From contig OZ024740.1 of the NCBI GenBank assembly GCA_964016885.1, positions 27,404,001 to 27,468,000 of the forward strand: 64,000 nt of DNA, given 5' to 3'. The position numbers and the translations under genes are program-made. Below the pieces are notes generated by a model, which was not told where the DNA came from, searched no databases, and saw only the letters and a list, made by a program, of their open reading frames with translations. Numbering within the stretch: the first letter of the stretch is position 1; every line of letters starts with the position of its first letter. The stretch is from Eledone cirrhosa (taxonomy: Eukaryota). Positions 1-11,724 of the stretch are shown piece by piece.

Positions 1-329
1 AAAGAAGGATATTAAAATACGCACAAACCTACATATACAAACATTGCGTTAGATACGTACATTCACACATACACGAACATACACATAAACACCTACGTAT
101 TTCGTTGTTTATTTATGCCGAAATATATGTTTAAAGTTCATGTATGTATATTACTATTCATATATACACACATATAAATATTTTCTTTCTTCCATTATAT
201 TTGGAAATATACTGATTTATATGTACTCTTAAATTTACTCTCTATCTAAATATACATATATGTATATGTGGGTGTGTGTGAGTGTGTGTGTGTATGTGTG
301 TGTATGTGTGTGAGTGTCTGTGTAAGTAC

Positions 330-362
330 ATACAAGAAGAGCCACCCGGCGTTGCACGGGTG
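330..362 (-). mobile_element. Possible Helitron 3' terminus remnant
   Basis: Minus strand reads cccgtgcaacgccggg (GC-rich hairpin) followed about 10 nt later by cttgt, resembling the hairpin + CTRR end of Helitrons. Confidence 0.4.
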
Positions 363-714
363 TGTATTAAATCGATTTGCACGCATACACTGGCTGTCTC
401 TGTACTACTTGACAACATATATATATATTCTAATTTGAAAATATTGATGTTCTTTCATTCTTTAATTCTTTTACCTGTTTCAATCATTTGACTAAGGCCA
501 TGATGGGGCAATGCCTTTTATATATTTAGTAGACCATATATAAGCGGTATTTTACTTAAATGTTTTATTACATACTTCTATGTTAAGATGACATAGGATG
601 TAATAGCTGAAATAATATATATTTTAATGACAATTTCTGAGTCTAAAGAAGTGTACGTAGTTTGCGTTGTTGTTTAGACATAAGTCTAAAACATTGTCTA
701 AAATATGTCTAGAA

Positions 715-960
715 CTCGGAAGCTCATCCGACCGGGGTTTATCCTGGTTTCTGTGGCTTTAATTGACTGAAAGTACAAGACTCTCCACTGGACACCACGC
801 CAGTCCTTCGCAGAATGAAACCCCCAGTTATTGCTGGTACTCGTTTTCAGCCATATATTTTAGAGCAATGTGAAATGAAGAGAACACACAACCCGGTATA
901 CGTATCGAATTCACGTCATTATGAGATAAGGCCTACGCCCTTACCACAAGGGCACGCCCC
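715..960 (-). mobile_element. Degenerate tRNA-derived SINE (CORE/V-like family)
   Basis: Reverse complement resembles the copy at 39437-39712 (taccagcaataactgggggttt...ctgcgaaggactggcgt..tgtccagtgg); decayed A/B boxes near 900-955. Confidence 0.6.
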
Positions 961-2111
961 TTCGTTTAACCATATGTCAGGCCTGATTAAACAAAACAGA
1001 GATCAAAGTGCTGATCTATGGCTAAGCAACAACAATAACAAAAACACTCGCCTGTATAATTAGATTCAAATATTCAGGCCCAACTTCTAACTGATCATTC
1101 GACCTACAACCTGTAGCAGCTAAATCTCCCTATAAGTCGCACCTTGTCTGTAAAAGCAACAAAACAAAACAAACACACACACATACACACACATACACAC
1201 ATACACACATACACACAGACAGAGACACACAGAGAAAAACATACATACACACACACATACACATCTCAGACACACACACACAGAGACACACAAACACAAA
1301 CATTCACACACACATATACACACAGACGCACAAACACACACAGACAGACACACACATTCATATGAATGCATAAACATAGACAACTATTTAATTACACTAA
1401 TCTATACTCAAACATTCAATATATGCTACGAATAAACGCAAACATGATTGGCTGGTTTATAAGTTCTCTTCAGAATTATTAGATCTTCGACTCGACCCTG
1501 ATATCTGAAATCCTGGGTATGTGTCTTTACTATAGTATAGTATAGTACAGTATAGTATAGTATAGTATGGTATAGTATAGTATAATGTAGTATAGTATAG
1601 TACTATTGACCCAAGGATTGTGAGCGTAATGGGATAGACGGAAATTATATGGAAGCCCGTTGAATTGACTCCGCCAGCAACTGAAAGCTCCAAACTTGTG
1701 ACATGATTGTGTTTTAGAGTTAAGGGTGCCCCTGTCTCGTATATAATAGTATAGTTATCTTTAACACTGTTTTGCTGCTCCCATTGGTTTCCAAACAGGC
1801 GTGAAAGTTAGATTGTGTAATATCCCAAACCATGCCGAATACATCACATGTTATATGTATACGGATATATATATATATACAGAAAATGTGTACAGGAAAA
1901 CATACTCACCATATATATATACGAAAATAATATACATAAACACACATGTTTATGTATATGTGTATAAATACATACACATACTGTTACTTACATTCCGATG
2001 CACATATATTACATACACAGATACAAATATATATATATATTCATAAATACATACATACATACATCCATCCATCCATCCATCCATCCATCCATCCATACAT
2101 ACATACATACA

Positions 2112-2143
<32 letters not shown>

Positions 2144-2352
2144 CATACGCACATGTGCATCAATAGATACATAAACAGTATATGCTCATACGTATACATA
2201 GACACACACACATATATATATATTTATATATATACACACATACATATACATATACTTACATAAATAGTTACAGATGCACATAGATCGACATACATAAACA
2301 TAAACATGATACATAGATACATAGACAAACGTATATAAATTAGAATATACAG

Positions 2353-2392
<40 letters not shown>

Positions 2393-2404
2393 CGAGTGTG
2401 TATG

Positions 2405-2471
<67 letters not shown>

Positions 2472-2579
2472 ATGTGTGTATATATATATATATATACACC
2501 AAGTATTTTTCAGCATAACAACTAAAAAAAATCTTCAAACATACGCTACATTGATTTTATTACATATTTTGTAGCGTCA

Positions 2580-3395
2580 GATGTTGTTAATGATGGGAAT
2601 GGTGGTGGTGGTGGTGGTGGTGGTGGTAGTGGTGGTGGTGGTGGTGGTGGTGGTAGTGGTTGTGGTGATGGTGATGGAGGTGTTGTTGTTGTTGTTGGTG
2701 GTGGTAGTGGTGTTGGTGTCGTTGTTGTTGGTGGTGGTGATGGTGGTGGTGGTAGTGGTGGTGGTGATGGAGGTGTTGTTGTTGTTGGTGGTGGTGGTAG
2801 TGGTGTTGGTGTTGTTGTTGTTGGTGGTGGTGATGGTGGTGGTGGTGTTGTTGTTGGTGTTGTTGGTGGTGATGATGATGATAGTGATGATGACGATGGT
2901 GGTGATGGTGATGGTGGTGATGATGGTGATGGTGGTGATAGTGATGGTGGTGATGGTGGTGATGGAGGTGATGGTGGTGGTAGTGGTGATGGTGTTGGTG
3001 GTGATGGTGGTGATGATGATTTTGGTGATGGTGGTGATGGTGATTGTGGTGATGTAGGTGTTGGTGGTGGTGGTGGTAGTGGTGGTGTTGTTGGTGTTGT
3101 TGTTGGTGGTGGTGGTGATGGTGCTGATGGTGATGGTGATGATGATGATAGTGATGATGCTGATGATGGTGGTGATGGTGATGGTGGCGATGATGGTGAT
3201 GGTGGTGATAGTGATGGTGGTGATAGTGATGGTGGTGATGGTGGTGATGGTGGTGATGATGATTGTGGTGATGGTGGTGATGGTGATTGTGGTGCCGATG
3301 ACGGTGAGAATGGAGGTCACGATGAAAGGTAAGGGTGTGGCGATGGCGATGATGATGATGTTGAAGGTGATGGTTCGAGTGATGGTGGTGGTGAA
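2580..3395. repeat. Compound trinucleotide repeat (GGT/GAT/GTT)n
   Basis: Directly visible; source of the poly-V/T/H ORFs. Confidence 0.9.
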
Positions 3396-3549
3396 TATTT
3401 GTAGGAGGAGGGGGGTGGAAGAAAAGAACAACGTGAAGGAGTGAGAGAAGGAGAAAAGCGATGAAAAGAAGAAATTGCGACAGAGGTGCGGTGGGGGGGG
3501 GGGTAAAACTAAGGTTAAAAAGAAAGGAACAAAAACAAAGAATCAATGT

Positions 3550-4645
3550 AAGAGAGGAGGAGGAGGAGGATGGAGAGAGAAAGAGAGAATGAAAGAGACA
3601 GAAAGAGAATGAGAGATAGAGAGAGAGAGAGAGAGAATGAGAAAGAGAATGAGAGAGAAAGATAGAGAGAGAGAGAGAGTGAGAAATAGAATGAGAGAGA
3701 GTGTGTGAGAAAGAGAATGAGAGAGAGAGAGAGAATGAGAAAGAGAATGAGAGAGTGAGAAAGAGAATGAGAGAGAGAGAATGAGAGAGGGAGTGAGAAA
3801 GAGAATGAGATAGAGAGAGATAGAGAGAGAGAGAGAATGATAAAGAGAATGAGAGAGAGAGAATGGGTGATAGAGGGTGAGAATGTGAGTGAGAAAGAGA
3901 GAGAGAGAGAATGAGAGCAAGAAAAAGTGAATGAGAGAGAGAGATAGAATGAAAGAGTGAGAAAGACAATGAGAGAGAGAGAGAGACTGAGAGAGTGAGA
4001 AAGAGAATGAGAGAGTGAGAGAGAGAATGAGAGAGAGAGAAAGCGACAGAGTATGAGATAGAACAAGGGTAAAAGGGGGAGATCAGCCTTGTATAAGACA
4101 ACTTAAAATGGATCAAAGCCACATTTCCCATTGCAGCGTTTCTTTTTCGTTTTCCATTATCTAGTTGGCTGGAGGTTAGAGTTATCAAGTCGCCATTGCT
4201 TGATAAACTATTTCTTCTCTCTCTAACCAACACCTCACCATTATACGACTAAAAACCTCCATTTCACTCTCTCTATGTCTTTCTATGTACTTCTCTACCT
4301 CCACCCTTCATAGCCACTATCTTAACCCACAAACTCCCCCTCCTCCACCCCTCTGTCTTCCTCTTTGTCTTTCTCTCTCGCTTTTTCCTTTCTCCCATCT
4401 CTCCTTTCTCTTTCTCTCTCTTTTTCCTCTGTCTTTCTCTCTGTTCCACTCTGTCTTTCTCTTTCTTTCTCTCTTTTTCCTCTCTGTCTTCCACTCTGTC
4501 TTTCTCTTTCTCTTTCTCTCGCTTTTTTCCTTTCTCCCCTCTCTCCCTTTCTCTTTCTCTCTCTGTATTTCTCTGTCTTTCTCTCTCTATGTCTCTGTCT
4601 CGCTCTCCCACTCTCCCTCTGTCATCCTCTCTCTCTCTCTCTCTG
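3550..4645. repeat. (GA)n-rich then (CT)n-rich low-complexity tracts around a ~200 bp unique spacer
   Basis: gagagaatga-type repeats 3550-4050; ctctttct-type repeats 4320-4645. Confidence 0.85.
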
Positions 4646-4799
4646 TTGTCTCTTACAATATCTACCCAGTAGGCAATGGACTAAATTGTGTTGTGTCTGG
4701 AGAGATCGGACTTTAAAGGACAGGCACACACACAGGCATACCCACACATACAAACACAAATATATATACACACACACGCATATATATATACATATATAC

Positions 4800-4838
<39 letters not shown>

Positions 4839-4863
4839 CGCACACACACGCATATATATATAC

Positions 4864-4939
<76 letters not shown>

Positions 4940-4946
<7 letters not shown>

Positions 4947-4983
4947 CATATATACCCATACATACAATACCATGCCATACATA

Positions 4984-5031
<48 letters not shown>

Positions 5032-5168
5032 CAGACATATATACCCATACATACATACATACAATACCATGCCATACGTACATATATACACACACACATA
5101 TATATATATATATATACAGACATATATACCCAAACATACATACAATACCATACCTTACGTACATATAT

Positions 5169-5199
<31 letters not shown>

Positions 5200-5251
5200 C
5201 AGACATATATACCCAAACATACATACAATACCATACCTTACGTACATATAT

Positions 5252-5312
<61 letters not shown>

Positions 5313-5382
5313 CATATATACCCATACATACATACATACAATACCATACCTTATGTACATATATACACACACACACACACAC

Positions 5383-5385
<3 letters not shown>
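4940..5385. repeat. Microsatellite-derived minisatellite (acagacatatatacccatacatacaataccatacc... + (CA)n(TA)n), about 5 units; one more unit at 6559-6621
   Basis: The same unit recurs and resumes after the 5424-6503 insertion. Confidence 0.85.
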
Positions 5386-5423
<38 letters not shown>

Positions 5424-5427
<4 letters not shown>

Positions 5428-6502
5428 TACTTGGGAAGGGTCATATTTGTGTAATATTGCCAGAATTAATAACAGGACACACTCACTGTTTGGTTGGTTT
5501 TCGCTTCTCGCTGTCTTTTATATCGGCAATCTAACGTACTCGGTCCTCAATGTTGCCATTGACTGACCGACGGTCAAAAATAATACAGATGCAATATAGA
5601 CACAAACACATATATATAGTTTATCATAATATTTATGATAAACTATATATATGTGTTTGTGTCTATATTGTATCTGTATTATTTTCATATATTATCATAA
5701 ATATTATGATAAAGGCACAGGTCCCTTCTGGGAAATGGCCATGCTCAGTGTGTAGGAAAGGAGTAGGCAGAAATTCCATTTTATGTCCCAAATGCAAAGT
5801 ATAGGTGCATAAAAGATGTAGTGGGATCACAGGTAAGCTATCTAAGAATGTAGATTTTATATGTGGCCGATGCTCATGTGCAATAAGTAACAAATGCCCA
5901 CAGGATACTAGCTCCTTCTATTGCCCAGATGGCTCTATAGAAATAATAGACACCTTCCGTTACCTGGGTGACAAAATCAGCAGTGGTGGAGGGTACTCTG
6001 AAAGTATAGTAGCCAGAATCAGGGCGGGATGGAAAAAGTTCAGAGAGCTTATACCACTATTGGCCGCTAAAGGTTTCTTTCTAAAAATGAAAGGCAGACT
6101 GTATGATGCCTGCATACGAACAGCAATGTTACATGGCAGTGAGACATGGGCATTGCGCGCAGAGGACCTGCGCAGACTGGAAAGGAACAAAGCATGCATG
6201 CTCCGTTGGATGTTTATCATAATATTTATCATAATATTTATGATAAACTATATATATGTGTTTGTGTCTATATTGTATCTGTATTATTTTTGACCGTCGG
6301 TCAGTTAATGGCAACATTGAGGACCGAGTAAGTTAGATTGCCGATATAAAAGACAGCGAGAAGCGAAAACCAACCAAACAGTGAGTGTGTCCTGTTATTA
6401 ATTCTGGCAATATTACACAAATATGACCCTCCCCAAGTATAACTATATTTGTTTCGACACACGATTTCATATAAAAAACCTCGCAAAACTAATTCATCGC
6501 CG

Positions 6503-6503
<1 letters not shown>
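5424..6503. mobile_element. Family A fold-back element: inverted ~210 bp arms bracketing an RTE fragment, inserted in (TA)n
   Basis: 5424-5629 is the reverse complement of ~6238-6443; short snap-back 5633-5685; (TA)n on both sides; other copies at 20737 and 22620. Confidence 0.85.
5712..6213 (+). pseudogene. Internal RTE ORF fragment (PHD finger + RT C-terminal part)
   Basis: PSGKWPCSVCRKGVGRNSILCPKCKV*VHKRC...FRYLGD...MLHGSETW...MLRWM; homologous to 29262-30041; in-frame stop at 5802-5804; no 3' end or tail. Confidence 0.9.
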
Positions 6504-6563
<60 letters not shown>

Positions 6564-6739
6564 CATATATACCCATACATACATACAATACCATACCTTA
6601 CGTACATATATACACACACACTGATAGAGAGAGGGTAGGGTAAGAACACAGTTCCAAAGTAGAATGGTATGCACTGTTTATCATACGCCACACTCACACA
6701 CGCCCTCACACACACATTGATTTACATACATACATACCT

Positions 6740-6777
<38 letters not shown>

Positions 6778-6857
6778 TTATATATAAATATATATATATA
6801 TTAATATAAATATAAATATATATATATATAAATATAAATATATATATATGTACATGT

Positions 6858-6969
<112 letters not shown>

Positions 6970-7006
6970 ATATATATACATATATATATATATAAATTTA
7001 TATTAA

Positions 7007-7714
7007 TAGTAATAATAATAAAATTGAAGACTAAAATCCAAAGAGGGCTCGATAAGGAAAATATATATCAAATATATAAGAACCGTAGAGCAAATATTTA
7101 TTAAAATAACAGATTAAAGTTTAAGCAAACAATCGCTGCTTTCACCCTTAACGGGATCTTCTGAAACTAACAAAGTCAATCTGTAAACGCAGAACTGGAT
7201 ATTTCAAAAAACGTTGCAACTGGAGGAAGACAGGAAGACGATACTTTGGTTCGTGGAAACGTTCGCTGGCAAAGAACGGGAAAAAACGAATTATACGTCA
7301 TTAATAGGAGCGGTGAAAAACAATTACGCGCAAAGACAAAACCACGTTTATGGTATAAAAGAGGTCGTAGACTAATGTTCTCTTAGGTGGTGCATAGAGA
7401 CGTTCTCTGGCAATGAACGAAAAAACGAAGATAATAAGTCATATGTGGAGCGTGGAGAACAATTGCACGCAAAGACAAAACCACGTAAATGGTATAGCAG
7501 AAATCGTAGACTAAAATTCTAACTGGGAGACCAAATGAATCTCCGCTACAGAGTTACGAACCAAAGTATCGTCTTCCTGTCTTCCTCCGGTTGCAACGGT
7601 TTTTGAAATATCCAGTTCTGCGTTTACAGATTGACTTTGTTAGTTTCAGAAGATCCCGTTAAGGGTGAAAGCACCAATTATTTGCTTAAACTTTAATCTG
7701 TTATTTTAATAAAT
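7007..7714. mobile_element. Family B fold-back element (PLE pseudo-LTR-like) in (TA)n
   Basis: 7094-7254 is the reverse complement of 7556-7714; two diverged ~140 bp direct repeats in the loop (7260-7400, 7401-7533); other copies at 36945-37170 and 43471-43553. Confidence 0.85.
7118..7168 (-). ncRNA. Type I hammerhead-like motif, U4A variant (family B)
   Basis: AGTTT-CAGAAGA-TCCCGTTAAGGGT-GAAA-GCAG-loop-TTGC-TT|AAACT: 5-bp stem I, CCC/GGG stem II, 4-bp stem III; mirrored at 7642-7692 (+). Confidence 0.55.
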
Positions 7715-7735
7715 ATAAATTTATATATAAATATA

Positions 7736-7815
<80 letters not shown>

Positions 7816-7914
7816 AATATGTATATATATATATAAATATGTATACATGGACATATATATATATATATATTTAGATTTATATATATACATATACATATAT
7901 ATATATATAAATTT

Positions 7915-8860
7915 ATACTTTTCACAAAGTATACAGTTAATATTCAATTCTTTATCAATTTAGAATCTTTTCTCAAAGGCACATATACATACACCTCTTT
8001 AAAATATACCCATCTTCCTACCTTACTTCAAAGGGCATTATACACTCTATAATACTTGTTTACTCATTACCCTCTTTCTGTCTTCACCTTGTAAAATCCT
8101 TCATAACATATACATTTGTTTTTTTGACGTTAGAATATTCATCCGCAATTATTATTATTTTTTCTCTCTATCATAAAACATTTTAATCTCAATTTCATCC
8201 TTAATTTATTATTTTTTTCTCCCCATCAACGAACTCATTCTTAATACATATTAACTCTTTATTCGCACATATTATCAATTCCTTCAATATACAAACTTTA
8301 ACTTCACATTATTTTTCTCAAATCCTTCTACACACAAACCTTAATATTTTTTCTCTTCGTTAATTTTGAAATTGCCACAATACTTATCAACATACACTTT
8401 TTTGACGTTAGAATATTTATCCACAATTATTATTTTCACTCTATCTTCATACATAAATTCCCTTCGTTAATTTTCAAATTCTTTTAATTTATACATTATC
8501 TTCCAACGGTTTTCAACCTCTCTATGTAAAACAATATATCTTCTCTCAGTTATAAAAACTATCTCTTTCTCTCTATCACCCATCTCTCCCTCTCATCTCC
8601 TCCCCTTTTTCATCCTTTCCACCCCCGCCCCTCTCTAAATAAAATATTTTTCCCAATATCACACATCAATCTAAAACCACTTTTCATATGTTGATTTAAA
8701 ACTGCACTATCCACAAGTGTTTTTTAGCCTTCATATCATGTTCTCCTGTTTTAACTGATGAAAACACAAATATTATTGCATGATGATGTTTGTTTTTGAA
8801 ATGCGCATAATAAAATACATGGAACTCCTTTAACCATCTTTTGATCTTATATTATAAATT
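7915..8860 (+). mobile_element. AT-rich non-coding element between (TA)n tracts ending in an HHR + AATAAA; probable PLE 3' UTR/pseudo-LTR remnant
   Basis: (TA)n flanks; internal repeat tttgacgttagaatat at ~8122 and ~8401; HHR near the 3' end. Confidence 0.55.
8749..8815 (+). ncRNA. Type I hammerhead ribozyme motif, canonical core
   Basis: TTTTAA-CTGATGA-(AAACACAAATATTATT...GATGATGTTTGTTTTT long stem II)-GAAA-TGCGCA (palindromic helix III)-TA|ATAAAA. Confidence 0.7.
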
Positions 8861-8871
8861 TATATATAGAT

Positions 8872-8924
<53 letters not shown>

Positions 8925-8948
8925 TGTATACATATATATATATATACA

Positions 8949-9034
<86 letters not shown>

Positions 9035-9506
9035 TATACGTGTGTGTGTGTGTGTGCTTTTATGTGTGTGATTATAGAGATGCAGGAAGAGATGGAAAGA
9101 AACAGTGACAGAAAAAAAAGGCTAGTGTGTGTGTGTGTGGATGTGTCTATGTGTGTATCTGTATGTATGTTTGTTGGTGTACATTCATGTATGTGTGGAT
9201 GTGTCTATGTGTGTATCTGTATGTATATATTTGTAGCTGTACATTCATGTATGTGTGGATGTGTCTATGAAAAAGGGAGATTTGTTTTCTGAACTAAAGA
9301 GTTTCTTTCTTTAGCAGTAGAAGCTGCAAGTTGGTGATTGATACTGTTCAGCTATCGTCTGCCATTTCTGAAATATATTCAAACAGCAGACACGACTCCA
9401 TCGTCTCATAATCGAAGACAAATAATCAGCTTGTTCTTGGTATATGCATACACACACACACACACAACCCCCCCCCCCCACACACATGTATATATTGTTA
9501 TACTTG

Positions 9507-9637
9507 GGGACTGTCATATAGCAAAAGAGTCAGGTCCCCGACGACTGAGCTCTGGTCGTTTCGACAGCTAGATCCGAACTTAGCCAGCAGTATTATGACG
9601 GCGGGAACCTAGCTGAACTTATCGACGGGTACAGTCC
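9507..9637 (-). ncRNA. Hammerhead-like motif in the PLE pseudo-LTR with variant core UCGAUAA
   Basis: GGACTGT.CCCG-TCGATAA-G..CAGCTAGG/TCTAGCTG.C-GAAA-CGAC-cagagctca-GTCG-TC|GGGG...ACAGTCC. Confidence 0.6.
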
Positions 9638-9894
9638 ATATATGGGCATGCAGTCAAAACAAAAAAGTAGAAATATCAAATCAAACAATACTAAAAATTT
9701 GTGGTTTTTCTTGTCTGTCATAGGGAGTGGTCAATGATTTGGGGATGTCTTGTACATGGTTAGATTACTTCATAGCGACGGGGGGGGGGGGGTATGGCCT
9801 GTAGAAAAAAGGGGAGGGAGTAAGATGACTGTCTGACATGTGGTTGCCAAGCCGGTCAGGCGTTAAGAGAGAAATCTTTACAGCTATCATAAAC

Positions 9895-11030
9895 TCATGG
9901 AAACGTTTCCTGCGTTCGGCGGTGGTCTGTACGAGATGACGGGCTTCTTACCCTCACAGGGTACAACCTCAGTAGCACGAGCCGGGTCGGTATCCACCTC
10001 AGTAAATTCTTGCGGAATTTAGGTTTCAAAATCACCCTACAGACAACCCTTACCCGCGTCAATTTCCTCGATGTTACTCTCAACCTGGAGAATAATTTGT
10101 ACTAGCCATATAGGAAACCTAATGAGAACCTACACTATATCTACCGCAGTTCTAACCATCCTAGGAACATTACCAACAACTTAGTACAAAACATCTCCCT
10201 CCGCATATCTCGCTTGTCCACAAATGAGCAGATCTTCAACGAACACTTGCCATATTACAAACGGGCCCTCAAAATAAGCGACTTCCGGGTGTTCATTTCA
10301 TATTATCCAGGCCCTTCTAGCGGATGCAGCAGGCGACGCCACTGCCCACGCCACGTAACGTGGTTCAACCCTCCCCACCACAATGCCGAGGTTGCAACAC
10401 CAATTGAGAAGATCTTTTTTAAACTTCTCGATAAACACTTCCCATCCCAACACCGCTACCACAATATCATCAACAAAACACTGTTAAACTTTCCTACAGT
10501 ACTACACCCAACTTTGCACAAAACATCGCTTCATCTAACAACAAAATACTCCTCTCTGACAGAAGAAACAACAATGATATTAGTGGAGAGCAAACTTGGA
10601 GGTGTAACTGACCGGATAGATCATCATGCCCCCTCAACAATAGATGCCGCGAAGGAAACGTGATCTACCAGTGCAACGTGAAGACGGAAAACTCCAACTA
10701 GACCTACATCGGATTAACCCCCTGCGATTTTAAGACCTGGTATTACCAACACCAATATACATTTAGAAACCCGGCCCGGCGACACGCAACAGCAATTTCT
10801 GACCATATTTGGGACCTCCAATACAACAACATTACCTACCATCTAAGCTGGAGATTACTTCCCGGAGCAAAATCTTACTTGGGAGGACGCCGTCCGTGCA
10901 ATTTATGCTCGGAGGAAATGATCCAAATGCTGTTTGCAAAGGACCAACTCTTAAACAAAAGGATGAATTTGTTACCTCGTGTAAACACAGAATATCTAGG
11001 ATATATCTTACATTCAAACCCCCTCACGAC
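9895..11030 (+). pseudogene. PLE reverse transcriptase + GIY-YIG endonuclease, frameshifted
   Basis: GLY(R)DDGL at ~9924-9946 (1-nt deletion), VNFLDVTLNL, PYRKPN, SNHP, WFNPP, CPLNNRC, VIYQC...TYIG (10660-10713), CNLCSEE, LLNK..EFVTSCKHR. Confidence 0.88.
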
Positions 11031-11724
11031 CCAGGTGGGTAGACATCGGCTGTATCTCTTTCCTATTTACAAACTAAGATAGAGGAAACCCCAAGCATAC
11101 TTAGGTAGAAATAGAATGTTTTCCTTTTTCTTTATTAGTTACACACTCTAATTACACTTAGGTGGACATTTGCTTATCTACACTATTATAATCAGTTTCT
11201 ATTCTTCCTTAGGTTAACCCAAATATGTTCACTCTTGTTAAATATACATAGAACCGGCCGAACACATAGCCCTGGGTTTTTGTTTTTTTTTTCTTTTTGG
11301 AGTGTGGTGTATCATTATAAAAGAAAATACTTGTAAATTACTGTACTGCAGTGCCCTTCTAGTGCTTTAGAGTAACTGATAACTCAATTTTATTTATTAG
11401 GAATTTAATTAGTATTAATATCTATATGCTCTGCTCTAGCTAAGTGTTAAACTTGGCATACTCGCTCTAACTACCTCCCTTAATTATCATATGCTGAATT
11501 TACTTTCTTACCTCCATTAGAAATACTTGTAAATATTTTCTCTCTCAACGCCTGACCTGATTGGCACCCAAAGGTCGGAATGTCATCTTACTCCCTCCCC
11601 TTTGTTCTACAGGCCAGTTCAGCCCCCCCCCCTACTGCCCCCACCCGTCGCTATGAAGTAATCTAACCATGTACATGACATCCCAAAATCATTCACCACT
11701 CTCCGTGACAGATAAAAAAAACAA

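Noticed and set aside
2577-4233. 548-aa His-rich ORF and overlapping poly-V/T ORFs
   Set aside because: Translation of trinucleotide and GA repeats; open in several frames on both strands; no domain.
4070-4270. Unique island as a host exon
   Set aside because: No recognisable protein similarity and no convincing splice-site pair.
4365-5566. [12 protein letters not shown] ORFs here and throughout the window
   Set aside because: Stop-free translations of (TA)n and (CA)n microsatellites.
6444-6503. gcgatga...gaaacaaata extension of family A as a second HHR
   Set aside because: Position 3 is G (cannot pair with G8), helix II is unconvincing, and it is antisense to the family's clear HHR.
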